Assembly: GCF_009914755.1 (NCBI RefSeq) | Contig: NC_060927.1 | Length of the DNA: 64,000 nt | Origin: the human T2T-CHM13v2.0 reference genome, Homo sapiens | Direction: 5' to 3' (one strand) | Shown here: one piece after another, positions 32,200-48,734 of the stretch | Layout: every line of letters starts with the position of its first letter | Position numbering within the stretch: position 1 is the first letter of the stretch | The notes under the pieces: generated by a model | The model's database searches: none | What the model saw: the letters and a program-made list of their open reading frames with translations, nothing else | Told to the model about the DNA's origin: nothing | Position numbers and translations under genes: made by a program

Positions 32200-32305
32200 A
32201 ATGTACAATATATCCAGAAGGTAATTAGCAACTGGTTACAGTTTGCTACTAATGTACAATATATCCAGAAGGTAATTAGCAACTGGTTACAGTTTGCTAC
32301 TAATG
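32200..32305. repeat. Perfect 51-bp tandem duplication
   Basis: AATGTACAATATATCCAGAAGGTAATTAGCAACTGGTTACAGTTTGCTACT x2 + AATG. Confidence 0.97.
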
Positions 32306-33209
32306 AGGTCAAGTTTACAGATCTACTGTTCCTCTGAGTCTGTCTTTTGGCTCTGTTGCATTGCCACAGATCCTATCATGATCCCTGGGCTGCTGTTTCA
32401 CACACGTTGTTTGTCACAGGAGGGGGGCCATGAAGGAGGATGTGATTGCTCCCCTGCCAACCCCCTACCTCTACTGGTCAAGGATCTCAGCATTTTTCTG
32501 ACGAATGGCATGGGCGGGATGCGCTCCATCTTTGCATTCTCTATGTGTCAGGCTGTGTCCACAGGGAATTGTCTGTGAAGGGTTTTTAAATCAGTGGGAC
32601 CAGTAACACCATCTTTATATAGTGAAGACAGCTTATCATTAAATATAGTTTGAGACAAGCTTAATTGTGCAACTGAAAAATATTTTCGATAATATTTACA
32701 ACTTTTATCTATTTAGTGTTATTAGATGAAGACTTTATCATTTTTTTCCATCATGCCTTTGGTTTTGTGAGCTTCTTTTTTGTTTTTATTTCCCGATTTC
32801 TTTCTTTCAGATACTTTTAATCAACATTTCTTCCTTTGGAAAACAGGTCAAATGACAATGCGAAGGGTGATCAAGGAGAAAATGTGTGAAGTAGAAGCCT
32901 AGAACTCAAGAGAAATGAATAATATCTTGGCATCACTTACTTTGCTTTAATTTCTTAGTTTTACTCCTTTAATGTAACAACTGTTTTTCATTTAAAAGGG
33001 AGTCATGAAACAAACATCTATATAATATTTTGGGGATTAAAAATGCATTTGCAAAGTTAGATTTATTGGTTTTTATCTTAAAGACATAAAAACTTGATAT
33101 CATATTTAATTTTGTGCTCAAACTTACCGATAACACATTACTTAATCCTTGAAATTATTTGCTTTATTCCCTGTTGTGGATTAAGATGAGTGATTTTATT
33201 CTGAAAATA

Positions 33210-33247
33210 TTAGGTTGTTGTAAAAGTAATTGTGGTTTTTGCCATTA
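33210..33247 (+). mobile_element. Half MADE1 (single TIR)
   Basis: TTAGGTTGTTGTAAAAGTAATTGTGGTTTTTGCCATT. Confidence 0.8.
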
Positions 33248-33480
33248 ATAATTCACAATATGAGAGCAATTATAGAATCTAGCTAAAATTATATGTATTT
33301 ATCCATCTCTCATTATTCATGGTAGTTATCTTCTATAAAGTCTCTGCAAACACTGAATTAGTAAATACTGAACAATTACTCCTGGTAGGTAAATAAGAGC
33401 TTGGTTCCTGCACGACTCTGGCCACATTTTTGTCAATCTATCAATACATAATCTTATTTTATATGTATTTCTGTTTAATG

Positions 33481-33671
33481 ATATCTTATGTAATACATAT
33501 TGTATGCTCATTAATACATTTATTTAATACATATTGATTTAATACATATCTTATTTAATACATATTTTATGCTCATTAATACATTTATTTAATACATATT
33601 GATTTAATACATCTTATTTAATACATATTGTATGCTCATTAATACATTTACTTAATACATATTGATGCTCA
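33481..33671. repeat. ~3 x 65-bp AT-rich nested tandem repeat
   Basis: Units start near 33481, 33546 and 33611 and are built from TTAATACATATT sub-repeats. Confidence 0.9.
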
Positions 33672-33813
33672 TGTGCTTTCGAGCATCAAATATACCAAAA
33701 AAATGATCATTTTTGTTATGGTAGCACATAGATACATTGCTCCACTGGTATCTTTTTTTTTTTTTTTTTTTTTGAGATGGAGTCTCACTCTATCACCCAG
33801 GGTGGAGTGCAGT
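33672..33813 (+). repeat. Dispersed direct copy of 31505-31644 (unique flank + Alu 3' end)
   Basis: AGCATCAAATATACCAAAAAAATGATCATTTTTGTTATGGTAGCA...GAGATGGAGTCTCACTCTATCA.CCAGGGTGGAGTGCAGT is present at both sites with about 6 differences. Confidence 0.95.
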
Positions 33814-34431
33814 ATACTCACAGTATACTCATAGCCAATAGCACCGTAACTCACCCCTCATTGAAGCTTGTTCAACACAGTTTTTTTCTCTGTAAGGCAT
33901 GTTATAGCCTCCTTGTGCTTAAGAAAACTAGGGAGCACTTCTGCATTATTTTTAAACAGCAAGTCATTTTAAACAGCAGAATCATAAACAAAAAACATAA
34001 AAATGAGAAGAACTAAATAGACCATGAAAAAACCACTTGTTTATAGTAAGAGAACTGAAACATGAAGGCAGAGTTTCACTTTGTTCAACCTCAGCTGGCA
34101 ACATGTGTAGGGGGTAACTCAAATTTTGTGATTCTCTGCACATGTTGGGGAAAGATCACACAAATATTGTGAGTATTAATTTGGAGTACAAATTAATATT
34201 AGCAAATAGCTGTATTTGCAAATATGGAATCTGTGGATAATGAGAACAGACAGTATTTATATTCTAGGTTAGAAAAGAGAAAATGAGCTCCTTTTAGTCA
34301 TCAGAAGCCAATGAAAGACCTGGGTTTAGTATTTTCTTCCATCTCTTGATTTCTGTTTGCTTAATTGAATGACAAATTCTAATTAGTCATGCCTGACTAA
34401 CATAATTTAGGATGAAACTATGTCTTCATCA

Positions 34432-34897
<466 letters not shown>

Positions 34898-36401
34898 TTA
34901 ATATAGGACTTTTTTGCTGTAAACCAGGGTTGCCTGTTTAATATTTGTATTTCATTATGAGTAGTGAACTAGTATCTCTTGTAATGCAAGGTAAAGAGGA
35001 AGAGGTTGGTTAACAAAAAGGAACTATGTTAATTTTGCTATTAATAAGGGGGAAAACCTTTTGAATTTATTTATCCTGGAGACACAAAACTTAAACTCAT
35101 AATGATGTCATATATATTAGCATTACTATATTTCCTTATTATTGCAAATGTATTCTACCCAGGTCTTTTCATCATTGTAGTCACTTAAAAAACATATTGG
35201 GTAAGTTTTATTATACAATTTTTCTCAGATTGATTTTAGTTTTATTTTTTCTTTTCTCTTCTTTTCTTTTCTTTTTCTTTTTCTTTTTTTTAACCTCAGA
35301 AGGAATTAGATGTCCAGTATAAAGAAGCCTGATCACTCTGGCCTTACTTGGCTTTCCAATAATAGTATTTTTAGGATCACTGATATAAAACCTACAAAGT
35401 AAGTAATTTGGTTCATATAAGCAGGCAAGTAATAAATTTTCCTATACATTGTTATTTCTCATTAAATACATACTATTACTCTCCAAATAAGAGATTTTTA
35501 GAGGTCATTTTTTTTCTCATTTTTTTAAAATACTGACTGACCCATATTTGCACTGGTAGACTCAGAAGTGTTTGGTTTATACTTGTTCAAAATGATTGTC
35601 AGCAGATGTAATGAGCCTTGGACCAGTCCAGTAACTTGGCTAACATATGTCTGCAGAAGGATTTTAAAATCCTGCTGACTAGGCTGGTCCTGTCGAGTCT
35701 CACAGCAGAAAAATTGTCTTTTGCAGCTCAGCTTATAAATATAACCTTTGTGTGTTTGGAAATATCCCTTCTAAGGCAGGACTTATGCTCACCCTGAAAT
35801 TCAAATGTTCATTTTGATGTCAGCACTAACCAGGAGAAAGAAAAGGTGGAAACGATTCCTCTTGCACGTTTCAGAGTGTTAGAAACCGCCTATTATTTGT
35901 GTCTTGTTCTTTGCTGCTCTGTACAAGCTCTAGAAGTCATAAAAGTGTTCCTCACAAATTGACTCCTTAGAAATGCTGACTCTGTGTTTCAAATCTTATA
36001 AAAATATCTAAATGGTAGACGTATTGTTTTCATTACAGATGCATTAAGTCAAAACTGCCAAAGGCTGTGTTGTTTCTGCAAACAGGGCAACTACTGCTTG
36101 AATGGGGCTAATCTGTTTAGGCACTGAGGGGCTAGCTGTGCTGTCTGCACATATTTAATCACAAAGCTTTACTTGACTTTCCCACATATTTCCTTTTAGT
36201 ATTTTTACTTATGGAAAGCAAGAATCAGGTTTTATAGTCATTCAGTAAGTCCTCTTTTTAAATAAAAATTGTTATATTGGAAACAGTGTCTACAAGACCA
36301 CTGGTGGAAATTAATATAGCCAATATAATTAGTAAGTTGGATTCACCACACCACAGTAGGTAAATCTTATTGGGGGCAAAAATTGCTATCTTATTCACAA
36401 G

Positions 36402-36792
36402 TGTGTTGAGCTGTTCTTGTATTGCTATAAAGGAATACCCGAGACTTAGTAATTTATAAAGAAAAGAGGTTAGTTGGCTCATGGTTCTGCAGTCTACAAC
36501 CATGGCACCGCTCAGCTTCTGGGGAAGCCACAGGGAGCTTTTACTCATGGTGGAAGGTGAAGCGGAAGCAGGCACGTCACATGGCCAGAGCAGGAGCAAG
36601 AGGGAGAGAGTGGGGGAGGCGCCACACGCTTCTAAACAACCAGATCTCAAGAGAACTCACTATCATGGACAGCACCCAGCCATGAGGGATCTACCCGCAT
36701 CACCCAGATACCTCCTACCAGGCACCACCTCCAAAATCAGGGAGTACGTTTCAACAGGAGATGTGGTTGAGACAGATATCCAAGCTGTATCA
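36402..36792. mobile_element. MST-type (MaLR) solo LTR
   Basis: TG...CA ends; ATTGCTATAAAGGAATACCCGAGACT..TAATTTATAAAGAAAAGAGGT; ACTCATGGTGGAAGGTGAAG; TSD ACAAG/CCAAG. Confidence 0.9.
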
Positions 36793-37039
36793 CCAAGTGA
36801 ACTACCGAAGCTTTTTATTGATTTGTATTAAGCCAACACATGGGTTTACCCAGTAACTCATGATTTTTACACAAAAACCAAATTAATGTTTATCGAACAG
36901 TTATTTGGATATAAATACATAGATATAGCACAGTGCTTCAGGTTAGTTTATAAAAATCAAGTCTTTCCTTTAAATAATAAATGATTTATGCATTCATTCA
37001 AATTTAGAATGCTGAGGAATAAACTACAAAAAAAACTTG

Positions 37040-37342
37040 TGGCTGAGTGCAGCGGCTCATGCTTGTAATCCTAGCACTTTGGGAGGCCGAGGTGGATGGT
37101 TCTCTTGAGGCCAGGAGTTTGAGACCAGCCTTGCCAACATGGGGAAAACTTGTCTCTACTAAAAATACAAAAAATTAGCCGGGCATGATGGCAGGTGCCT
37201 GTAGTCCCAGCTACTCTGGAGGCTGTAGCACAAGAATCGCTTCAACCGGGGAGGTGAAGGTTGCAGTGGGCTGAGAGATCGAGCCACTGCACTCCAGCCT
37301 GGGCCACAGAGTGACACTCCATCAAAAAAAATTTTAAAAAAA
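37040..37342 (+). mobile_element. Alu
   Basis: Full dimer consensus. Confidence 0.95.
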
Positions 37343-37626
37343 CCCTAATTGAATCTTTCCCCCTGTATTTCTGAGAAAAAGGAGCAAATATAAAATAAAC
37401 AAAAAGAATACATATGGAACATTTATTTAGAAATCAAAGACCCAGCGTCATACGTTCTAATGTTTGATAAGATACTACCCAGTTTCCTGCAACTTTCACT
37501 TTTGTTCTGTCAAAGATTCCAAATGATGATTGTGAGCCACTGTAACCTGAAGACATATTGGATACATTTACTTATGTGTGTTAAATTGTGATTCTTAATG
37601 CTATTTTGTGGAAAGGCTGGAGAAGA

Positions 37627-37835
37627 TTTTTTTTTTTTTTTTGAGATGGAGTCTTGCTCTGTCACTCAGCCTCTGGGGTTCAAGCAATTCTCCTGCCTCA
37701 GCCTCCTGAGTAGCTGGGATTACAGGCAGTTGCCACCACACCCAGCTAATTTTTGAATTTTTTTGTAGAGACAGGCTTCACTGTGTTGGCCAGGTTAATC
37801 TCAAACTCCTGACTTCAGGTGACCCATCCACCTTA
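37627..37835 (-). mobile_element. Alu, internally deleted and 5'-truncated
   Basis: Poly-T, GAGATGGAGTCTTGCTCTGTCAC, then a jump to GTTCAAGCAATTCTCCTGCCTCAGCC; stops at CCACCTT. Confidence 0.92.
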
Positions 37836-37857
37836 GATTTTTAAAATAAAGGTTACA

Positions 37858-38150
37858 GGCTGGGAGCAGTGGCTCACACCTGTGTTCTAAGCACTTTGGG
37901 AGGCCGAGGCAGGCAGATCGGTTGAGCCTAGGAGTTCAAGACCAGACTGGGCAACATGACGAAACCCTGTCTCTATACAAAATTCAAAAATTAGCTGGGT
38001 GTGGTGGCAGGCACCTGCAGTCTCGGCTACTCAGGAGGGTGAGGTTGGAGAATCACTTGAGCCTGGGAGGTCGAGGATGCAGTGAGTCATGATTACACCA
38101 CTGCTCTCCAGTCTGGGTGACAGAGCAAGACTCTTGTCTCAAAATAAATA
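37858..38150 (+). mobile_element. Alu (AluJ-type)
   Basis: TTGAGCCTAGGAGTTCAAGACCAG, GAGGTCGAGGATGCAGTGAG. Confidence 0.93.
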
Positions 38151-40899
38151 GGTACGTACATACCTACATACGTACTAGAATCAAGGGGGTTGTTTCTGAG
38201 TTCATTGAGTTAACGAGGAAGGTAAATTAATCAGGACCTTCCCAAGTTACCCATGTAATATTATTTAATTGTACATGTTTAAACAAGCTCAGATTACGTT
38301 GACTGTGAGTCTTAAAACGGTAACCACAAACAGGTTATACCAAGATCCCTCACAATGTGTGTTGTCTGAGAGAAAAATCTTATCATTTTCTTTTTTTCCA
38401 CATTCACTATTGTTCCTAGATTATGAAAGGTAGTCATTCACTAAACCCTTCTAAAATATTCCTTTTTTTTCCAAATATAGAATTATTATATTAGTAACAG
38501 TACAGGCATGCCCATAACAAAAAATGGAAACTAATATAGTCAATATAATTAGTAAGTTTGATTCATCACATCCCAGGGTAGAATACCTCTTGACCTTCAA
38601 AACTGCGGTCGACCACAATTCAGATTTTGAGCTATTCACCAGTGAGAATGCATGGCAATACATGCCTAATTGGCATAGTTACATGTCATTAATTTATTCC
38701 TTTTATTCATTTAACAAATATTTATTGAATGTTTACTATGTGCCAGACACTATAATGCTGTTCTAAGATAGCTTATATTACTTATTATTGAAATTATACT
38801 TATTAAAATGGTAATAATTTGTAGAGAGATTAAACTTTGTTTTCTTGCCCTCCCTTTCTCCTTCTCCTCTTCCTTTCTTCCTTTGTTTCTTTTCTTTCTT
38901 TGCCTCCTTCTTTTGTGTAGCCATAAACAGGAGTCTACTGGGTCGTTTCTGTTTGTAAGGCACAATCTGCCTCCCAATCCCCCTCCCAAAAAAACTAACA
39001 AAATTTAGGGAAGGAGCTGATTTCACATTTCTTCAGAGGGCCTGTTAGAGTGATAAAAGGCAAAATTATTTTCTTTACACGAACAGTCACAGAACCAAAA
39101 AGGCCAAGGAAGAAGCCAGAGAGCACATAGTATTTAATTAGGAGAGTTTCTAGTGTCCCGAAGCCACAGAAGAAGCAGCTGCTTAAACATTGCTTACCCT
39201 TTGACTAATGGCCAAAAGCACTGAATAGGAGAAGGATTAACATGGATAAGACTTAAATAAAAGTGATACAATCATCAGAGCAACAACAAACAAAGGCACA
39301 TTAAAAAGTAACATGAAATGATGTTAAGAAAGAGGTCATGGATGCAAAATGATAAAATGTTTCGTTCTTTGGAAGTAACTCTTTTTTTTTCTTCTGTTCT
39401 TAGTCATCCATCTCTGTCAGAGTTCTCAAATAAAAATGCAAAGGAAAGTTAGCACCACTCTAAAACAGTGAAGGGTCAGTTCTCTGCTTTTGGATATGTA
39501 ATTTGAATGGGAAGTGTCCTAATGACAATTAAACACAATTTTCTAAGCACAGGAAGAGGACTGATAAAGTCAAGCAATGGCTGTGGCTTTTCTTTTGTAC
39601 TTCCGTTACTATTAACTATATGCAAGTTAACAAATGCTGGACAGCCTGTCCAGTGAGCAGGGTTGCTCCGTTGCCAGGCTTATGTTTTAAGCGACGATTG
39701 AGTGTACACAGATCTAAACAATCATGTGCAAAGTCTAAGTCTCTCATTTTGAATTCGGAAGAGAGAACCTTGGTGCCCCTTCTTCCTGAGGAAATTTGGG
39801 AACTATAGTACAACTCCCTCTCAAAAAAAAAATACTCCTGTAATTCCATCCTAACTACTGATTGCTTTATATTTTTGATGTGGTGAGGAGTTCAGACCCC
39901 TTCTTAGTGAATGCAATGTTTAGCACATTCTTTGGAATATACTGCTTGAGTCTCTTGGTGCATCAGCTGAAACTTCATTTTAATATCCCGTACGCACTTA
40001 GTAGATACTTGCCTTTCCTCTACATTGGTGATTATTCCTGGCCTATCATTCAGTTAAGACCTATCCTCCATATACAGATTTTTATATCGTTCATCGAAAT
40101 TAAGACTTGTTGCAAGTAATAAAAACTGAACTCAAGCTACCTAATACAAATGGAATTTACTATTTTATATACCAAAATTCTGTGAAAATACAGGTGGGAC
40201 TGGCCTTAGGGATACCTGATATTAGGATATAAATCCTGTCGCCTTTCTCTCATGCTTTTTTTTCTTCCCTTTGTAATCACTTCTTTATTATTTGTCACTG
40301 ACCTCTTCATGAATTTAGAACCACGGTCGTCGGCACTTTCTAACTCATGCTTTCATAGTTTCATGACCACAGAGGAAAAGAGGCTTTGGAAATTCTCAAG
40401 GAATCACTGTGACTATCCACACTTGGGTCACATTTTGGACTCATTGCAGCAGCCTGAAGGTTAGATGGTATGGATGCCCCAGCTTAGGTCATGAGCCTGC
40501 ACTTGGGAAAAATGAGGGGAAGTTATTTTTAAAATGGAAAGAAGTGGAAGGCAGACATTGTATCCAGTTTTATATATTTATATAAACAAAACACTGTAAG
40601 GGGGAAAATATAGACTTGAATCAGAGGAGAAGAGTTAAACCAATGTTTATATATTTCTTTAGGTTTGTTGGAATATATGTGCATGTAATTATATCAGCAA
40701 ACTACATAGTGAAGTCAGGGAGACAGATTAGAGAGATAGGAAGAGTGGGAGGGAGAGAATGTGCAAAACAAGCAACAGAAAGAAGAGTGGGGACATCCTG
40801 AGTTTGTATGTGAGGAGAGGACAGATAGGAGAGGTACAAAGGAAAGGGATTAGAACAGAGAATTAGTTAGAGGATGGGGAGATAATACAAGGGAGAGAT

Positions 40900-41072
40900 A
40901 GCCAGGCATGGTGGTGCGCACCTGTAGTCCCAGCTGCTCGGGAGGCAGAGGTGGGAGGATTGCTTGAGTCGGGGAGATGGAGGCTTCAGAGAGCTGTGAT
41001 CACACTACTACACTTCAACCTGTGTGACAAAGTGAGACCTCGTCTTAAGAAAATAAATAAAATAAAATAAAT
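40900..41072 (+). mobile_element. Alu monomer (FRAM / right arm)
   Basis: GCCAGGCATGGTGGTGCGCACCTGTAGTCCCAGCT...(TAAAA)n. Confidence 0.88.
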
Positions 41073-44000
41073 ATAAGGGATAAGTAGAGAGATCATGAGA
41101 GAAAGGAACATAGAGGGACACAGATGCAAGAACAGGGAAAGAGAAGGGGTCAGAAAAGCGTAATTTGTGGAGAGAAAATTAAAATGCTATTATTATTGGT
41201 ATTATTGCTGCAGTTGCTCTCTTTTGCCCATTAGACTATTTTGGCATTATTGGCAGGTTTAATGTAAAATGAGATTTGTGAGTAACATTGATCTCCAAAT
41301 TATAAATGTCTTTCAATAGGATATGAACAAATATCATAGTAATTCTCAAAGAATATTGCTATTTTTAATCAATGGAGTATACAACATATTATATTTTAAA
41401 ATCATACAATACTTCAAACACCGTGAAGAGAGAACAAAGCCATATCAAATAATGAATGAATGGTTGTATTACGGAAGTACTTGTCCTGATAGAACACTTC
41501 AAATACCATTTGGCTGCTACTTCTCTCTGGGTTTGCTTTGTATCCCATGGAGATGATCTGAGCTTAAGCTTTTGTTAGCTTCAAAGAGAGCTCCGTTCTT
41601 GCCTCATCTCTGCAGTATTGAAAAAACAGACCCTTGGTTAACAACAGGAAGCCAAACTGATTTTAATATTGTGAACTCTTTACCCTGATGCAGGAAATGT
41701 TATCTGGGCCATCTCAGTGGGCTGGGGATTATAGAGCTGGATAAGGCTTCAAAATACAAATGAACTCCATAGGTCTGGTACAGCTGTAAGGTACAGGGGT
41801 AGAGAATATTAGGTGGTCATCTTGATAATCATTTGTGTTATGTTAATGCACTCCAAAGTGGACTTGTTTCTTCTACCTGAGTGTATATACAACCAGTCTT
41901 TTCACTATTTTCAGTGGTTATAACTCAGGAAAGAGACAACATATCAACATATGAATGTGGGTATATCCAACGAGATCTCTCTTATAATTTTAGTCCATAA
42001 ATAGGCATAAAAAATGTGTTCTTTCAGAAAACACTTACTGGAACCTGAGATAATACAATAAGTCGAATTGCTAAAAAGAGACCCCATGGATCACAGGTCT
42101 GACCTAATATCTAGTTTTACTAATAATTTTAATGGTATAGGTAATCACATGGCATGGGTGAGCCAGGGAGAGAGGTCTTTGACCTTCAGTATAGCTCGCA
42201 AATGCTTTCTTTCCACATAAGAGCATGCACTGGACCCACAGGAAATCTCTAGGTGACATGTGCAGTTTACATTCCTTGCTCAATAGGAGTATTTAGGTAA
42301 TTAAAATCTCCATTTATATTCAGATACTTGCATAGCTTTTTCCAGGAGACCATGCCCATAAATGCATAGATTTCAGGTTTGTTTATCATAAGCAGTGCTA
42401 GATAGTGAGCATTTGATAGATAGGGACTGTCTCTAAATGCCATTAACTTGCTTGCCAGGAGGGTCTCTCATTCATGAGTCAAATCTCATGTTTAATAGGA
42501 GATTTGACTGGGCTACCTTGTTTATTTCCAGGGAGTGGTCCCTTGGTGAAAAGAGAGAATGAGTGGTAGACCTATTATTTGACCATATTCCTCCTAAATA
42601 CCTTCTTGGTGATATGGATACAGAGATTAGCAAAACAGTCACTGCCTTCAAATTTTTTTACCATATAAGATGATGAACACAAAATCAACACCAGAGATAA
42701 TGTGCCTAAACCCTTAAATAACTTGTGTGACACAGAACAAGTATCTCAATAGACAGTAATATTTTTTACGATAGTATTAACAATGCCGTGTTAAGGTGCT
42801 ATAACCTGGTTGAATCTTATTTGGATGGTGGAGTCTTAGTGGACAATGGAATTTGTACAAGTTTTGAGTATACTTATTCTGCTGACATTTATTGAGTAAC
42901 CTCCCATGTGCCAGACATTATCTGACGTGAAATGAAAGAGAATTCCTGGTTTCCGTGAGTTTTTAGTCTTAGAGAAGACACAGTCACGTAAATAAATAAT
43001 TGAAAAATATCATAAAGTGTTTATAAAAATCTACTTGTTAAGTATGAGAGTGCAGCATACTTGGCCTCCAGAAATGCAGAAAGTTTCATCAATATACAAA
43101 TTAAATCTTGAAGGATGAGTGAACACTTACTGGGTAAATAACAAGATGAAAGACTTTAGGGGAAGAGAATGAGATGGGCTAAGTTAGCAGCATCAGTGAA
43201 CATATGGACATGGGGGTGCTGCAGATTCTTACCATTGGTTCCCTTTTGGATGTTGATCTAGGAAAATGCTGGAAAATTAGGTTTGCCTCAGATGATATAT
43301 TAGGCCAACAGGAATGAATGATAATAAAAATAGCTACCAATTTTGAGAAATTACTATGTTCCAGGTACAATATTAGGTACACATTTTTAATATTCATGAC
43401 AGATTAGGAGGATGTAACATCTTGATTTTATAAATAAGAATTTAGTTCAGCAGCTAGTTAGATACTATGTTGGGATGTGCCTCCATAACTCTCTTACTGC
43501 AAACCCATCCCTCTCCATGACCCTGTGTGAGCTCCCCTAGGCTTCGAAGCTTGCACATTGTTCTCACCTGACAGGGGAGCAGTGAAACAACACTAGGAGG
43601 ACAATTAGTCATCATTCAGAGTGTATATCAGTGTGCCTCTGCGAACACCCACAGGAAAAAATAAATCTACGAATAGTGAGATTGCTTTGGAAATACAATA
43701 TCAAAACAAGGTCACTGCTACCTTCTCTCTCCATTCCATCGAGATTGCAGCTCCTGGCACCTCTTCAACAGGAAGTTGTTGGCCGCCTCTCCCTTGAAGG
43801 TTTTAGTAGGAGAATGAAAGGATCAGTATTGGGTTTCAGAAAGATAAATTGCTTACCAATTGATGGAAAATGGCAGCTTAGAGAATCTGTGGTTAGAGAA
43901 AATTGTTTGAAACTTACTATAATATTTCAGAGATGAAGTAATAAGAAGAATCTGGAGTGGCAAACATAGATCAATTGATTGAAACTAAAACTAATAAGAC

Positions 44001-45572
44001 TTGCTGTGACCATTGAGGGGACCCAAGATATCAGTTTGAATCACTACAGTGAGCAGTGAGGCTACTTAGATAGAAATTGCCAGAAAAAGAAAATAAATGA
44101 ACCTTTGGATTTACTGAGTTTGTGGGGGCTGAATGCTAAAGTTTTTTGTTTGAGTTGGGGGTAGCTTATAGGCAGGCAGGAACTGGCTCTGATGCAAACA
44201 GAGGTGATGGGATAGAAGACATGGATTTGGGTTCTGATGACTTTGTGAGAGTGAATGGGAAAGCACATTCAATGGCAAGAACCTTACAAGGAGGTAGGGC
44301 ACAATGTGGTTAAGCTATAATTTTTACTATATTTCTTCATTTTTATTGGCATCCAATTATTTTATATGTACTCACTATTTATTTAAACAGCTTTATTCAT
44401 GGGGTGCCTATTCTGTGCAAGGCAATACCTTTGGCAATGACGACATGATGATGAGCAAAGCCTGAATGTTTCTTACTCTCCTGAGTTTATTGTCTAGTAA
44501 GAGACAAGCATCATAAGACATTACACTAGTGAATGTATAATTTGAAACTGAGATAAGTGCTCTCGTGTGAAACATCTTATTTCTAGGAAAAAAAAAAGTG
44601 CAACAAAAAAAAGAGAAAACCCTTGTGATATGAAAGGTTTCCGAAGAAAGTGCAGCTGTGTTAAGACCTGAAGGATAAGAGTTGCCATCTAGGCAAAAGG
44701 TGATGAAAGTAAAGGATTCTCCAGACTGATGGAAAAGTTATAACAAGAGATTGGAGTGTTTAGGAAGTTAAAAGAACATGTAATTGAAGCTCAGGAGGGG
44801 GAAGAGAGATGAGAGATGTGTGTAGAGTCCAGAGCACTCAGAATTTGCAGAATAATAAGGATTTTGATCCATGTTCTGAGTAATGACATGCCATTGAAGG
44901 TTTCCATTTTTTAAAAATATTAACCCAGATCTCCTTTACATGAGCAATACAGATAGGAAGTGCTGAGGAATCAAAGTAGAGGTAGAAGGGATTCAGACCC
45001 CAGAGTGTCTACATTAGGAGGGAGCTGAACCTCATCAAGTTCTTTCCATAGGATTTTCTTCATGCACAAATATGCATGGCTGGCTTAGTCTGCAGACCAC
45101 ATTTTTGGTTCACCTAGTGTTTCAGATGGCAGATGACATAACTCTGAGTAAATTAGAAGTTCTGGCTGTACCAAAAATATATACATCAGGAAAATGAAAA
45201 AGGAAACTGTTCTGTGCTGCTTAAGAGAATTCATTGCCAACCTCCTACTGGCTGTTCTGACCCAATAAACAAGCAAAAGTGACTTGTTAGAGCCAGCAGC
45301 TATATTTTGAGTACCATTATCCCCACTGAATAATTCAACACTTAATGGTGGTGATTTTGGTTGCTCAGAGAAGGTATTCTTTTGCAATTGTGTAGCTCTT
45401 TGTTGAGATTCAGCATTGTCTAGTTAACAGTATGAGAAGCAAAGCAGAATTCTTGCTGTGAAAATCACTACTTCTAAAGAGATGCGGCATTGCCATATAG
45501 TAGTTACATTGTGCAATTACTACATGGAAATTACTTGCTGTCTTGTAGTCTTTTTCCGGAAAGAAGACACTC

Positions 45573-48734
<3,162 letters not shown>

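Larger units (their letters stand above)
33299..34253. mobile_element. MER82-like TcMar-Tigger DNA transposon, split by a complex insertion
   Basis: Inverted ends CTCATTATTCA ... TGGATAATGAG; internal TTCTATAAAGTC..AACACTGAATTAG and CTCAGCTGGCAACATG match my recollection of MER82. Confidence 0.75.

Noticed and set aside
35658-35673. Perfect 16-bp palindrome AGGATTTTAAAATCCT
   Set aside because: About one such palindrome is expected by chance in 64 kb, more in AT-rich DNA.
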